Shown one piece after another: positions 24,735 to 34,024 of a stretch of 44,612 bases of DNA. Made by a program: the position numbers and the translations under genes. Within the stretch, counting starts at the first letter, position 1. Every line of letters starts with the position of its first letter. This stretch comes from Escherichia phage vb_EcoS_bov22_1, in sequence record NC_073084.1. One strand, given 5' to 3'. A model generated the notes under the pieces. The model was given only the letters and a program-made list of their open reading frames with translations. It was not told the DNA's origin and did not search any database.

Positions 24735-26119
24735 TGCGTAACTATGCGGCAGAACACCGCGCACTGGAACGCGCGATCGCAAAGCGTAACCTACCGCCAC
24801 GCCCGACACGCGTTGCGCAGGCCGTCCGCCTTTACCAGCCAGATTGCCTTCCGCACCAGGTCGAACTGCTGCGTGACACGAAGACTAAAATCCTCGGCCT
24901 GTGTTCCGGCTTCGGTGGTGGGAAGTCATGGGTCGCAGCCCGTAAGGTAATCCAGCTTTTAACACTGAACCCTGGTCATGATGGCATCGTAACAGAACCG
25001 ACTATTCCACTCCTGGTTAAAATCATGTACCCGGAATTGGAAAAGGCATTCGACGAGGCGGGCTTCAGGTGGAAGTTCAATAAGCAGGACAAGATCTATA
25101 ACGTGCTTGTGAAAGGCAAATGGACCCGCGTTATTTGCGAGTCAATGGAGAACTACACACGTCTTATCGGTGTTAACGCCGCGTGGATTGTTGCCGACGA
25201 GTTCGACACCACGAAGCAAGACGTTGCAATGGCGGCGTATCACAAATTGCTCGGTCGTCTGCGTGCGGGCTTGGTACGCCAGTTCGTCATCGTGTCCACC
25301 CCGGAAGGCTACCGGGCGATGTACCAGATTTTCGAAGTGGAGAAGGACAGCCAGAAACGTTTGATCCGGGCGAAGACCACGGACAACCACCATTTACCGG
25401 CGGACTTTATAGACACGCTGCGCAGTCAGTACCCAGCTAACCTGATCGACGCGTACCTGAACGGCCTGTTTGTTAACCTTACGTCGGGCGCGGTGTACAA
25501 GATGTTCAACCGCGAGGAGAACGCCAGCACCGAAGAAGTGCAGCCGGACGACACACTGATTATCGGTATGGACTTTAACGTCACGAAAATGGCGGCGGTT
25601 GTGTATGTCAGACGGCAGCGCGTCACCGAAAACAAGGAGTTCCGCGACGAGATTCACGCGGTGGATGAATTTGTGGACCTGTTTGACACCCCGGCTATGA
25701 TTGAGGCGATCGAGGAGCGCTACCCGGAACATTGTGCCGCCGGTAGGGTCGTCGTTTACCCGGATAGCAGCGGCAAATCCCGCAAGACGGTCAACGCGTC
25801 GTCGTCCGATATCGCACAACTGGAAGACGCTGGCTTCGAGGTGGAGTATGACAGCGTTAACCCGCCTGTGAAAGACCGACTGATCGCGATGAATACGATG
25901 ATGTGCAACTCGAAGGGCGTGCGCCAGTATTTTGTCAACCTGGATAAATGCCCTACACTAGCGAAATGTCTGGAACAGCAGGTGTACGACCTGAAGAAAG
26001 GCGAACCGGATAAAACGGCCGGGGTGGACCACATGAATGATGCAGCGGGCTATCCAATTGCGCACCTGTTCCCAGTGATTCGTCCGATCGCCGTTGTTCC
26101 AACTGTAGACTTCTACTAA
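24734..26119 (+). CDS. terL: terminase large subunit
   Basis: Walker A GFGGGKS, Walker B IVADEFD; 461 aa; directly follows terS. Confidence 0.85.
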   Translation: MRNYAAEHRALERAIAKRNLPPRPTRVAQAVRLYQPDCLPHQVELLRDTKTKILGLCSGFGGGKSWVAARKVIQLLTLNPGHDGIVTEPTIPLLVKIMYPELEKAFDEAGFRWKFNKQDKIYNVLVKGKWTRVICESMENYTRLIGVNAAWIVADEFDTTKQDVAMAAYHKLLGRLRAGLVRQFVIVSTPEGYRAMYQIFEVEKDSQKRLIRAKTTDNHHLPADFIDTLRSQYPANLIDAYLNGLFVNLTSGAVYKMFNREENASTEEVQPDDTLIIGMDFNVTKMAAVVYVRRQRVTENKEFRDEIHAVDEFVDLFDTPAMIEAIEERYPEHCAAGRVVVYPDSSGKSRKTVNASSSDIAQLEDAGFEVEYDSVNPPVKDRLIAMNTMMCNSKGVRQYFVNLDKCPTLAKCLEQQVYDLKKGEPDKTAGVDHMNDAAGYPIAHLFPVIRPIAVVPTVDFY

Positions 26120-26129
26120 GGAAACGACC

Positions 26130-27650
26130 ATGACCGTTAACGTTGACAACCAGCACCCGCTCTATGCGCGCATTGCGCCAGAGTGGAAGATGATCCGCGA
26201 TTGTGTAGCAGGGGAGCGCGCCGTGAAGGCGTGCGGCCCTTTGTACCTGCCTCATCCCGCCAGTGGCGACAATACTGACCCGAAAGCACGGGCGCGGTAT
26301 AAGGCGTACAAGCAACGCGCGGTATTCCTGAACGCCACCGCCCGCACACTAAACGCGCTGTTAGGCGTCGCCTTTGCAAAACCTGTAAGTCTGGACCTTT
26401 CCGGGGTGATGGCTGACCTGATTGACGACGTAGACGGCAGCGGTATGCCATTGCCGCAACTTCTGCGCGGTGCTATGTCGGAAGTTCTGCAATCGGGACG
26501 CGCGGGCTTTATGGTGGACTACGACCGCCAGGCTAACTTTGATGAACTGGGTAACGTAGTGCCACAGACAGCCGCCGAGATGGCGGCACACCGACCGCTT
26601 ATCCGCCTGTATACGGCAGAGCAGATCATCAACTGGCGGCAGACCCACGGCGTCGATACGCTAATTGTGCTGAAGGAAACGGACGAAATCAGCACCGAAG
26701 ACCCTGACGATTTCGCAAACCACGAAGTAACAATCTGGACCGAGCTTCGCATGATTGACGGCAAGGCACACGCCCGCCGCTGGTTTTACAACGCGGACAC
26801 GTCCGAAGTGAAGATGGACTTGCCGCGAGGCTTCACCAGAACCGATCTTGTGCCGTTGGTGGATGCTTCCGGTAATGCGCTTACGCAACTACCGTTTTGC
26901 TGGTGCGGTGCGGTGGACAACAACGCAACGCCTGACGCCGCTCCGCTGGCGGATATCGCATCCATCAACATTAAGCACTACAACGCCGAAGCGGACGTCG
27001 CCGAGATCGCGCACATCGTGGGTCAGCCTACCCTGGTTGCGACGGGCTTGACTCAATCATGGGCTGACAAGAACCTGAAGGGAGGCATTGCCCTCGGTGC
27101 GACTAAGGGCGTTATCCTGGGCCAGAACATGGACGCTAAACTGATCCAGGCGGAGGAGCGCAACTTGTCGGTTGCACTGTGTGAGCGTCGCGAATTGCAA
27201 ATGGCTAAACTTGGCGCGGCCCTGGTCGAGAAGGGGACCGCACCTAAGACGGCAACCGAGGCGGCCTACGATGCGCAGACTGATAACAGTATCCTGTCGC
27301 TTATTGCCGGTAACGTTGAGAAGGCTTTCAACCGTGCGCTGCAAATCGTCCAACTCTTCACCGGTGACACCGCCGACCAGCGTGTGACGCTGAATAAGTT
27401 CTACACCGAGATCACGGTTGATGCGCAGCTTATGACCGCGATGATGTCGGGTGTGCAGACGGGTACGGTCCGCCTGGCTGATTTCATCAAGTGGATGATG
27501 GCGCAGGGTGTCATCGACGACTCGCAAACCGTCGAGCAGGTTGAAGACGAATTGCGGAATCAGAATCCATTGCCTCAAATGTCCCCTGATGCGGTAGAAT
27601 CTACCGAAGAAGACCCGGACAAGGTAGCGGACAATGGCGAAGACAATTAA
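26130..27650 (+). CDS. portal protein
   Basis: 506 aa immediately after terL, AAGGAAA RBS; acidic C-terminus; call rests on position and size. Confidence 0.7.
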   Translation: MTVNVDNQHPLYARIAPEWKMIRDCVAGERAVKACGPLYLPHPASGDNTDPKARARYKAYKQRAVFLNATARTLNALLGVAFAKPVSLDLSGVMADLIDDVDGSGMPLPQLLRGAMSEVLQSGRAGFMVDYDRQANFDELGNVVPQTAAEMAAHRPLIRLYTAEQIINWRQTHGVDTLIVLKETDEISTEDPDDFANHEVTIWTELRMIDGKAHARRWFYNADTSEVKMDLPRGFTRTDLVPLVDASGNALTQLPFCWCGAVDNNATPDAAPLADIASINIKHYNAEADVAEIAHIVGQPTLVATGLTQSWADKNLKGGIALGATKGVILGQNMDAKLIQAEERNLSVALCERRELQMAKLGAALVEKGTAPKTATEAAYDAQTDNSILSLIAGNVEKAFNRALQIVQLFTGDTADQRVTLNKFYTEITVDAQLMTAMMSGVQTGTVRLADFIKWMMAQGVIDDSQTVEQVEDELRNQNPLPQMSPDAVESTEEDPDKVADNGEDN

Positions 27651-28737
27651 TCAACATTTGGCGGATCGAATGATTCGCCGTCACATCTTCACCCAGCGCC
27701 TGAGCAATGATCAGGCGCGGAGGGTGCTGGCTATGTGGGAGAAGTTCCGGCCCACTTTACTTGGTAAGCTGACCGAGTTACTTGATGGCAAAAAGTCCAT
27801 GAGCAACAAGGCACTTACCACACTGTTAACTCAACTCGACAAGACCGTCAAAACGGAACTACGCGCCGAGTTTAAAGTGCTGGCGGAGAGCCTTCAGGAG
27901 TTCGCCGACGCCGAGGCTAATTATCTAGCAGACACACTAACGGCAGCGATCCAGCCCGCTGTCGCCGTACCGGCTGTTGAAGTAGTTGGCGTTGTTACCG
28001 GCGCGCAGATTGCAGCGACGGCAATGAAAAACCCGTTCCAGGGTAATACTATGATGCAATGGCCTGATTCCCTTTCCGAGTGGACCAGGACGCAGATCGG
28101 CAATCAGGTGCGCGCCGGATTCATCCAGGGAAAGCCAACGATGGAAATTATCGCGGACGTGAGGCGCGCGCTAGGCGGTCGTAGTGCGCAAGCCATCTCA
28201 AGCGTTGTTAAGTCCGCAGTCAACCACTATGCGGCGACCGCCCGCGAACTAATGGTAAAAGCAAATGACGATATTCTCGAAGGTCGCCAATGGTTATCTA
28301 CATTGGACACGCATACTTCTCCCATGTGCCAGCTACGCGATCGCCTGTTTTATCCGGTTGATGTTACTCCCGATACGAAAGGGAAGCGCGGCGGGAAAGT
28401 GGTGGCTGGATCACAATATGGCGCTGGTCCGGGCAAGCTACATTATTGCTGCCGTTCGACGGAGACGTGGAAAGTCAAAGGTATGGAAGATTGGCCCAGT
28501 GGTAAGCGTCCGGCACTGAAGGCTGACGCAGGCAGATTGCTGAGTGAGCAGGTAGACGCGCAGACTGATTTCTTCTCATGGGTGCAGCGCCAGCCGCGCC
28601 ATATCCTGGAAGAATTATATGGAGTGCAACGCGCCGACCAGATTATGCGCGGCGTGAAAGTGCCGAAGATGTTCACCGATTCTGGTGAACTGATGACTAT
28701 TGCACAGCTTAAAAACCGGGGGTTATGGCGTGATTAA
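27634..28737 (+). CDS. head morphogenesis protein (Mu F / SPP1 gp7-like minor head protein)
   Basis: LDTHTSPMCQ ... HYCCRS Cys motifs typical of the family; position after portal. Confidence 0.7.
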   Translation: MAKTINQHLADRMIRRHIFTQRLSNDQARRVLAMWEKFRPTLLGKLTELLDGKKSMSNKALTTLLTQLDKTVKTELRAEFKVLAESLQEFADAEANYLADTLTAAIQPAVAVPAVEVVGVVTGAQIAATAMKNPFQGNTMMQWPDSLSEWTRTQIGNQVRAGFIQGKPTMEIIADVRRALGGRSAQAISSVVKSAVNHYAATARELMVKANDDILEGRQWLSTLDTHTSPMCQLRDRLFYPVDVTPDTKGKRGGKVVAGSQYGAGPGKLHYCCRSTETWKVKGMEDWPSGKRPALKADAGRLLSEQVDAQTDFFSWVQRQPRHILEELYGVQRADQIMRGVKVPKMFTDSGELMTIAQLKNRGLWRD

Positions 28738-29059
28738 ATATGCAGCGATTGGGCTGGTTATCGGTCTGGCGGTAGGATTCTGGCTAGGTGACTCCTATCG
28801 CGCGGGCGTAGTGGCGGAGGCAGCGCAAGAAGCGCAAGCCCAAGCCCAACGGCAGCAAACTAAAGTTGTTGAGCGCTCCGTGCAGGCAGAACAAGCCCGC
28901 GACGTAGAATACCGGACTATCACGAAAGAGGTTGTTAAATATGTTACGCGCCCTAACCGCCCTGATTGTAGTTTTGATGCTGAGCGCGTGCGGATCAAGC
29001 AACGCGCCGTTGATGCCGCTAACGGAGTCGGCGCTGCGACCGCCGTGCAAGTTCGATAA
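28730..29059 (+). CDS. i-spanin (Rz-like)
   Basis: GTG start 28730; N-terminal TM helix IKYAAIGLVIGLAVGFW, Ala/Gln-rich periplasmic coiled region, C-terminal Cys; contains the overlapping lipoprotein gene in another frame. Confidence 0.55.
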   Translation: MIKYAAIGLVIGLAVGFWLGDSYRAGVVAEAAQEAQAQAQRQQTKVVERSVQAEQARDVEYRTITKEVVKYVTRPNRPDCSFDAERVRIKQRAVDAANGVGAATAVQVR

Positions 29060-29171
29060 CCCGTCCGCGGACCCCGACGAAGATTTGATGATTGACGTGA
29101 AAAATATGGAATGCGGGGCGAAGCTAAGGGCGCAGGTGCTGGAGTTGCAGCAAATAATTAAGGGGCCGTAA
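28941..29171 (+). CDS. o-spanin (Rz1-like lipoprotein)
   Basis: ATG 28941 with AAGAGG RBS; lipobox LMLSAC; Pro-rich mature region; embedded in the 3' part of the i-spanin gene. Confidence 0.6.
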   Translation: MLRALTALIVVLMLSACGSSNAPLMPLTESALRPPCKFDNPSADPDEDLMIDVKNMECGAKLRAQVLELQQIIKGP

Positions 29172-29184
29172 TGGCCCCTTTTTC
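29161..29184. terminator. bidirectional rho-independent terminator
   Basis: aggggccgtaatggcccct plus T-run, lying between convergent genes (ends 29171 and 29186). Confidence 0.6.
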
Positions 29185-29185
29185 G

Positions 29186-29950
29186 TTAGCGCGGAATGCC
29201 GCAAATCTCGTTAAGTGTCTTCACATCCAGCGCCACTGCCGTGGATTTTGGCTTGTCCGGGTACGGGATGAATTGCTCGACTTCAGGCCATGCCTTAATC
29301 AGCTTCTTGTCAGTATTGTGCAGGTCCAGCACACCGGTAACGGTCAACTTGAATGCGTCATACTTCGCACGCAATTCGCGGCGGGCCTGGTCGTTACGGT
29401 CCAGGCGCTTACAGAAGTCATGGTCCGCAGGGTAATCTGCGCGACCGCGAGGGAGATATATCGGCAGCGCTTTCCCGTCCTCGTCCACTTCGCACACTGA
29501 CGCGAGCATAACTGTCTCGAACCCCGGAACGATATCGCCGAGATCAGGCGCGAGCTTATTCATATATTTCTCTTCCCAGTATCCGCGATGTACGCGGTAT
29601 CGGCGACCGTCACCGCTCAAGGACAAGGTGCGAACATTTCCGCCTGCGTTGATTTCGAAAGTGGCGTCGTAAACGCTGCCGATACCTTTCGGGCGGTCGG
29701 TGTTATAACTATATGTCGCCTTGTTGGTGTATACACAGACGCCGTACATCTGCGACTGGTCGTCGCGAATTGCCTTGATATGCTCGCGGAGCGCTGCGAA
29801 CGTGCGAATGCCTTCCGGCATACAGTCCAGCGTTATTGCGTACGCCAGATCGCGTGAGTCCATCATGATTTGTTTGGCTTCGGTTGCGATTTCGTGGTCG
29901 CGCAGGATGTTAGATAGGATCTGATTTTTAATGTCTTTTGTCAGTCTCAT
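29186..29950 (-). CDS. hypothetical protein, reverse-oriented cassette gene 2
   Basis: 254 aa; GAGGA RBS 8 nt upstream of ATG 29950; no recognisable motifs. Confidence 0.6.
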   Translation of the reverse strand: MRLTKDIKNQILSNILRDHEIATEAKQIMMDSRDLAYAITLDCMPEGIRTFAALREHIKAIRDDQSQMYGVCVYTNKATYSYNTDRPKGIGSVYDATFEINAGGNVRTLSLSGDGRRYRVHRGYWEEKYMNKLAPDLGDIVPGFETVMLASVCEVDEDGKALPIYLPRGRADYPADHDFCKRLDRNDQARRELRAKYDAFKLTVTGVLDLHNTDKKLIKAWPEVEQFIPYPDKPKSTAVALDVKTLNEICGIPR

Positions 29951-29989
29951 TTTTGTGTCCTCATTATTGGGGCTTTCGCCCCGATTGGT

Positions 29990-30304
29990 TTAGTTAAATT
30001 TGATGTTGCCGCCGGTTGAGGTTAAGCGAGCACATACAGATTCAACGGCATCGACGCACATGAAATCGTTAAAGGCTTCGACCAGGGCGTTTATGAAAGA
30101 TGCCGGAACCAGGCCGCAAGCCGGATTATCGAATGTCGCGGAGTTGACCGCCGCTTTTGCCGCTTCAGAAGCATTCATGCTCTGGCACAGATTCAGCGCT
30201 TCCGCGTTACGCATTGCGTGAAAGGTAAAGGTATTCGCTACGGTAGCTTTATTGAAACGGGCCATTGCGGCGTCTACTGGAGTTGCTACGGTCATGTTAG
30301 TCAT
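29990..30304 (-). CDS. hypothetical protein, reverse-oriented cassette gene 1
   Basis: 104 aa from ATG 30304 with AAGGAAAA RBS (the track ORF extends to 30364 without an RBS). Confidence 0.55.
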   Translation of the reverse strand: MTNMTVATPVDAAMARFNKATVANTFTFHAMRNAEALNLCQSMNASEAAKAAVNSATFDNPACGLVPASFINALVEAFNDFMCVDAVESVCARLTSTGGNIKFN

Positions 30305-30339
30305 TTTGTTTTCCTTCATATCTCTGTTGGTGTGCAACC

Positions 30340-30369
30340 AATATACTGCAACCAACATCCGCAATGCAA
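30340..30369 (-). promoter_or_regulatory. sigma70-like promoter (minus strand) for the reverse cassette
   Basis: Minus strand TTGCAT-18 nt-TATATTGGTTGCACACCAACAG, matching the promoter at 19283. Confidence 0.4.
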
Positions 30370-30376
30370 GCGAATT

Positions 30377-30404
30377 TTGCGATTATTTTTATCGCTGATA
30401 ATAT
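30377..30404 (+). promoter_or_regulatory. candidate divergent promoter for the scaffold/capsid genes
   Basis: TTGCGA-16 nt-TAATAT; followed by hairpin agcgggtggcccgctt in the leader. Confidence 0.3.
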
Positions 30405-30458
30405 TAAGGCGTGAAGTCAAGCGGGTGGCCCGCTTTGCCACAATCCCAGGGGGATAGC

Positions 30459-31160
30459 ATGAAACTTACTAAAGCAGAATATGACGCGTTGCCAGACGGT
30501 ATGAAGGCGCTTTTTGTTGCCGATGGCGACGGGTATAAATCAACTTTCATGACCGCAGAAGAAGTACAGGCGGAAATTAAGGGTCTGAAAGACAATAACG
30601 CGAAGCTGGTGATCGAGAAGAAAGCAGAAGCTGAACGCCGCGCCGAAGCCGAGTGCCTTGCGAAAGAGAAAGAGGAAGCCGCCGCGCGCAAGAATGGCGA
30701 CCTCGAAGCGATCGATAAGTCCTGGAAGGATAAGTTTGCGAAACACGAAGCAGACACATCGGGAAAAATCGAAGCCTACCGCAAGCAGATCCACGACCTA
30801 ACCATCGGCAGCGCTGCCAAAGACCTGGCGTCGAAGCTGTTCGGTAAGAATGCGGGCATCATGCAACGCCACGTAATGGATCGCCTGACGCTGGAAGACG
30901 GCGAAGACGGCAGCTTGAAAGTGCGTGTCTTGCAGGATGGCAAACCGTCCGCGCTGACTATGGAAGAGCTTGAAAAAGAGTTCCGTAATAACGCCGATTT
31001 CGCATCCGTCCTGGCTGGCACGCCAGCAGGCGGCGCTCCTAGCAAACCGACGCAGGTTGTCGAAGATGTGAAGTCTAAAATTACGATGGGCCATAGCTTC
31101 GGTATCACCGATCTCACCAAACAGGCCGGGGATATCATCGCTAAAATGGGCGACGAGTAA
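30459..31160 (+). CDS. head scaffolding protein
   Basis: ATG 30459 with AGGGGGA RBS; Ala/Glu/Lys-rich coiled-coil composition; immediately upstream of the major capsid gene. Confidence 0.6.
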   Translation: MKLTKAEYDALPDGMKALFVADGDGYKSTFMTAEEVQAEIKGLKDNNAKLVIEKKAEAERRAEAECLAKEKEEAAARKNGDLEAIDKSWKDKFAKHEADTSGKIEAYRKQIHDLTIGSAAKDLASKLFGKNAGIMQRHVMDRLTLEDGEDGSLKVRVLQDGKPSALTMEELEKEFRNNADFASVLAGTPAGGAPSKPTQVVEDVKSKITMGHSFGITDLTKQAGDIIAKMGDE

Positions 31161-31257
31161 GCGGATTGCCCGCGAAAGCGGGCAATTTTGCGAGCGCGTA
31201 AAACTAAGGTAACATTAATGCCACTGGGCGAATGCTCACAACTCAAAGGATTTCGAT

Positions 31258-32358
31258 ATGTCTTTAACAGTGTTCCAGCGTAAACTCGTTACCGCGGTTA
31301 CGCAAATGATCCCCGACAACCTGAACGTTTTCAACGCCGCCGCCAATGGCGCTGTTGTTCTCGGTACTGGTGAAGTGCTGAAGGACGTTATTGAGAAAAT
31401 GTCCGTAGGCTTGATCGCTAACCTCGTTACCGACCGTAACGCCTACGCCCCCGTCGGCACTCCGGCGACCGCGAAAGTGCTGGCGCGTATGCTAACCAAC
31501 TCGGTTAACCTTTCTGCAAAAGTGGGTCCGGTAGCAATCACTAAGGCTATGATGGCTAAGATCGAAACCAACGTTAACAGCGTTGCGGCTGAGATTGCGG
31601 CACAGGCTACTCAAGCGATTATGCTGCACTACCTGAAAGCTGGTATCGGCGCAAGTAAAGCGGCGATCGAAAGCAACGCAGCGGCAAAATACACCCAACC
31701 GGCGCGCGTTGACGGCGTTGGCGGTCGTACCTTCCCGACCCTGGCAGACTTCCCGCTGGCGGCTTCTAAGTTCGGCGATCAGGCGTCTTTGATTAAGTCT
31801 TGGTTTATGGACGGCGTTACCTGGGCAAACTTCATTGCGTACCAGGCACTCCCTTCCGCTGAACAGGTATTCGCAATTGGCGATCTCCAGGTAATGGGTG
31901 ATGGCCTGGGCCGTCGCTTCATTATCTCCGATGCCGCTGCCGATGCTATTGGCGCTGGTAACATGCTGGGTCTGGTCCCTGGCGCGGTTGCAGTTACGAC
32001 CAACGGCCTCGACATGCTGGCGCAGGAAAAAGGCGGCAACGAGAACATTGAGCGCTGGTGGCAGGGTGAGTTCGACTTCAACGTGGCTGTTAAAGGCTAC
32101 CGTCTGAAGGCGTCCGCTCGTACCCCGATCGAAGGTGTACGCTCGTTCAAACTGGACGATATCACCACTTCCGATAACTGGGAACTGGATCAGGGCCAGG
32201 TAGACAACGCACCGGCAACCGTGCAGGATGTTGGCGCTGTGGGCGATGGCGATACTAAAGGCCGTCGTAAGACCCAGGCCGCACAGGCAGTGCCTACCCG
32301 CCACATCAAGGAAACCGCTGGCGTACTGGTTACGCTGACTGCGACTACCGCGTCTTAA
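31258..32358 (+). CDS. major capsid protein
   Basis: 366 aa, AAAGGA RBS, followed by a strong terminator; position after the scaffold gene. Confidence 0.75.
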   Translation: MSLTVFQRKLVTAVTQMIPDNLNVFNAAANGAVVLGTGEVLKDVIEKMSVGLIANLVTDRNAYAPVGTPATAKVLARMLTNSVNLSAKVGPVAITKAMMAKIETNVNSVAAEIAAQATQAIMLHYLKAGIGASKAAIESNAAAKYTQPARVDGVGGRTFPTLADFPLAASKFGDQASLIKSWFMDGVTWANFIAYQALPSAEQVFAIGDLQVMGDGLGRRFIISDAAADAIGAGNMLGLVPGAVAVTTNGLDMLAQEKGGNENIERWWQGEFDFNVAVKGYRLKASARTPIEGVRSFKLDDITTSDNWELDQGQVDNAPATVQDVGAVGDGDTKGRRKTQAAQAVPTRHIKETAGVLVTLTATTAS

Positions 32359-32376
32359 CGGGCGCACATCCCAAAT

Positions 32377-32402
32377 GGGCGGGCTTATGCCCGCCTTTTT
32401 TA
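32377..32402 (+). terminator. rho-independent terminator
   Basis: gggcgggcttatgcccgcc followed by T6. Confidence 0.7.
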
Positions 32403-32416
32403 TAGGAGTGCATACA

Positions 32417-32917
32417 ATGTATGGCGACCCGCAAACCTTTGTTATTTATGCCGCTGCGCGAGGCGTTGAAATTACGCCGAGCGACGCAACGCGACACCTT
32501 ACTATCGTTAATGACTTCCTTAACGGCATAGACTGGATCGGCGAACAAGCAGACCCGACCGGAATTGACGCATGGCCCCGCGTCAACTACCCGTCAGACG
32601 GTAAGCCGGTGCGAAACACGCTTACTGAAGATTTGGCAGTAGTTCCCGCGGGGCAGATTGTAGACTTCGCATCAATCCCTGTCGCCGTTGAGCAAGCCGT
32701 TTACCGGCTGGCAATGTTGGTGGCTGACGAGGTCGATATTTCTCCTGTTGGCAGTGGTAAGGAGACTATCCGCGAGACTGTTGGCCCGATCACGATGGAA
32801 TATGACCCCGCGACGATTGGTAGCGGCGTCTCGTTCCCGTGGTGGGATGGCTTGCTGGGCCACTGGGTGAACGTAGACGGCAACGCAGCGGGTAATTTTG
32901 ACGTATTCCGGGGGTGA
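32417..32917 (+). CDS. head completion / head-tail connector protein (putative)
   Basis: 166 aa from ATG 32417 with TAGGAG RBS; call by position only. Confidence 0.45.
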   Translation: MYGDPQTFVIYAAARGVEITPSDATRHLTIVNDFLNGIDWIGEQADPTGIDAWPRVNYPSDGKPVRNTLTEDLAVVPAGQIVDFASIPVAVEQAVYRLAMLVADEVDISPVGSGKETIRETVGPITMEYDPATIGSGVSFPWWDGLLGHWVNVDGNAAGNFDVFRG

Positions 32918-32918
32918 T

Positions 32919-33089
32919 ATGAATCCTGCATTACTGGCGGCTATTATCGCCGCAAATACTAAGCACCAACCAGAACCAGAGCCGGAACCAGAACCAGAGC
33001 CGGAACCAGAGCCGGAACCAGAACCAGAGCCGGAACCAGAACCAGAGCCGGAGCCACCGGTACAGGAGGATGCTAATGGCGGGCTTTAA
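32919..33089 (+). CDS. small protein with (Pro-Glu)n dipeptide repeat
   Basis: ATG 32919 with GGGGGTGA RBS; MNPALLAAIIAANTKHQ followed by about 17 PE repeats; overlaps the next gene start. Confidence 0.45.
   Translation: MNPALLAAIIAANTKHQPEPEPEPEPEPEPEPEPEPEPEPEPEPEPPVQEDANGGL
32968..33056 (+). repeat. tandem hexanucleotide-type repeat (ccagaa/ccagag/ccggaa units) encoding the PE tract
   Basis: Direct reading: gaaccagagccggaaccagaaccagagccg repeated. Confidence 0.7.
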
Positions 33090-33429
33090 TTACGCAGGAT
33101 TAAAGCGGAAAGTGAATCCGCTGATTAAAAAATTCGGCATGACCGTTACGGTTACGCGTCCGGGATCGGTTGACCGCGTAGATGGCGAAGAAGTGGTCAT
33201 CCCGCCGACCTCGTTTGACGTCATCGGTCTTCGCGAGGAGTACAAGCCTAGCGAGATCGACGGAACGCGTATCGTTGCCGGTGATGTGAAGTTTTTATGT
33301 CGGGCGGTTGAGCAATTGCGGGTGGGCGACCTGGTTAACCTGAACGGCACTGACTACCGGGTCATCAACCCTAACCCACTGCAACCGGCGGGAACTACCA
33401 TGCTGTTTCAACTACAGCTAAGGGGCTAA
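33076..33429 (+). CDS. head-tail joining protein (putative)
   Basis: 118 aa; strong AGGAGG RBS; call by position. Confidence 0.5.
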   Translation: MAGFNYAGLKRKVNPLIKKFGMTVTVTRPGSVDRVDGEEVVIPPTSFDVIGLREEYKPSEIDGTRIVAGDVKFLCRAVEQLRVGDLVNLNGTDYRVINPNPLQPAGTTMLFQLQLRG

Positions 33430-33430
33430 C

Positions 33431-34024
33431 GTGGCTGAAGTCTACTCATTCGCCGCCACTATTGCTACGTGGGTGGATAAGACGAAGGAGAACAACGATA
33501 AGGCGGTGCGGGCGTACGGGATGCAAATACTCGGACGCCTTATTGAGATCTCCCCGGTGGGCGACCCTCGCCGGTGGAAAATTAACAGGGCTTACGCGCT
33601 GGCCCGCCAGCACGCGAACAAGGTGAACGCCGCGCAGCGCCGCAAGAATGGCGGCAAACTGAAGCGCGGGCAGAAGAAGCACGCCAGCGTGCTGGTATCA
33701 TTCAAAACTAAAAACGGCAACGTCACGTTCCGCCAGCGTGGCTGGGCTGCGAAGAATTACACCGGCGGACGCTTCCGGGGAAACTGGCAGGTTACGTTCG
33801 ACCGACCGGCGGTTGGCGCTATAGACCGCGTGGACAAGGCCGGAACGGCAACATTAGCCGCTGGGCGTGAAGTGCTGGCGCATTACGATTCCAGTGAATA
33901 CGGGTCGATCTGGTTTACTAACAACGTGCCATACGCGCAGCGACTTGAGTATGGCTGGAGTAAACAAGCGCCCGCGGGGATTGTTCGCGTCGTAGCGGCA
34001 GAAATTAATTCGAAGGTGAAATAA
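33431..34024 (+). CDS. neck / tail completion protein (putative)
   Basis: 197 aa; GTG start with AAGGGG RBS; call by position. Confidence 0.45.
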   Translation: MAEVYSFAATIATWVDKTKENNDKAVRAYGMQILGRLIEISPVGDPRRWKINRAYALARQHANKVNAAQRRKNGGKLKRGQKKHASVLVSFKTKNGNVTFRQRGWAAKNYTGGRFRGNWQVTFDRPAVGAIDRVDKAGTATLAAGREVLAHYDSSEYGSIWFTNNVPYAQRLEYGWSKQAPAGIVRVVAAEINSKVK

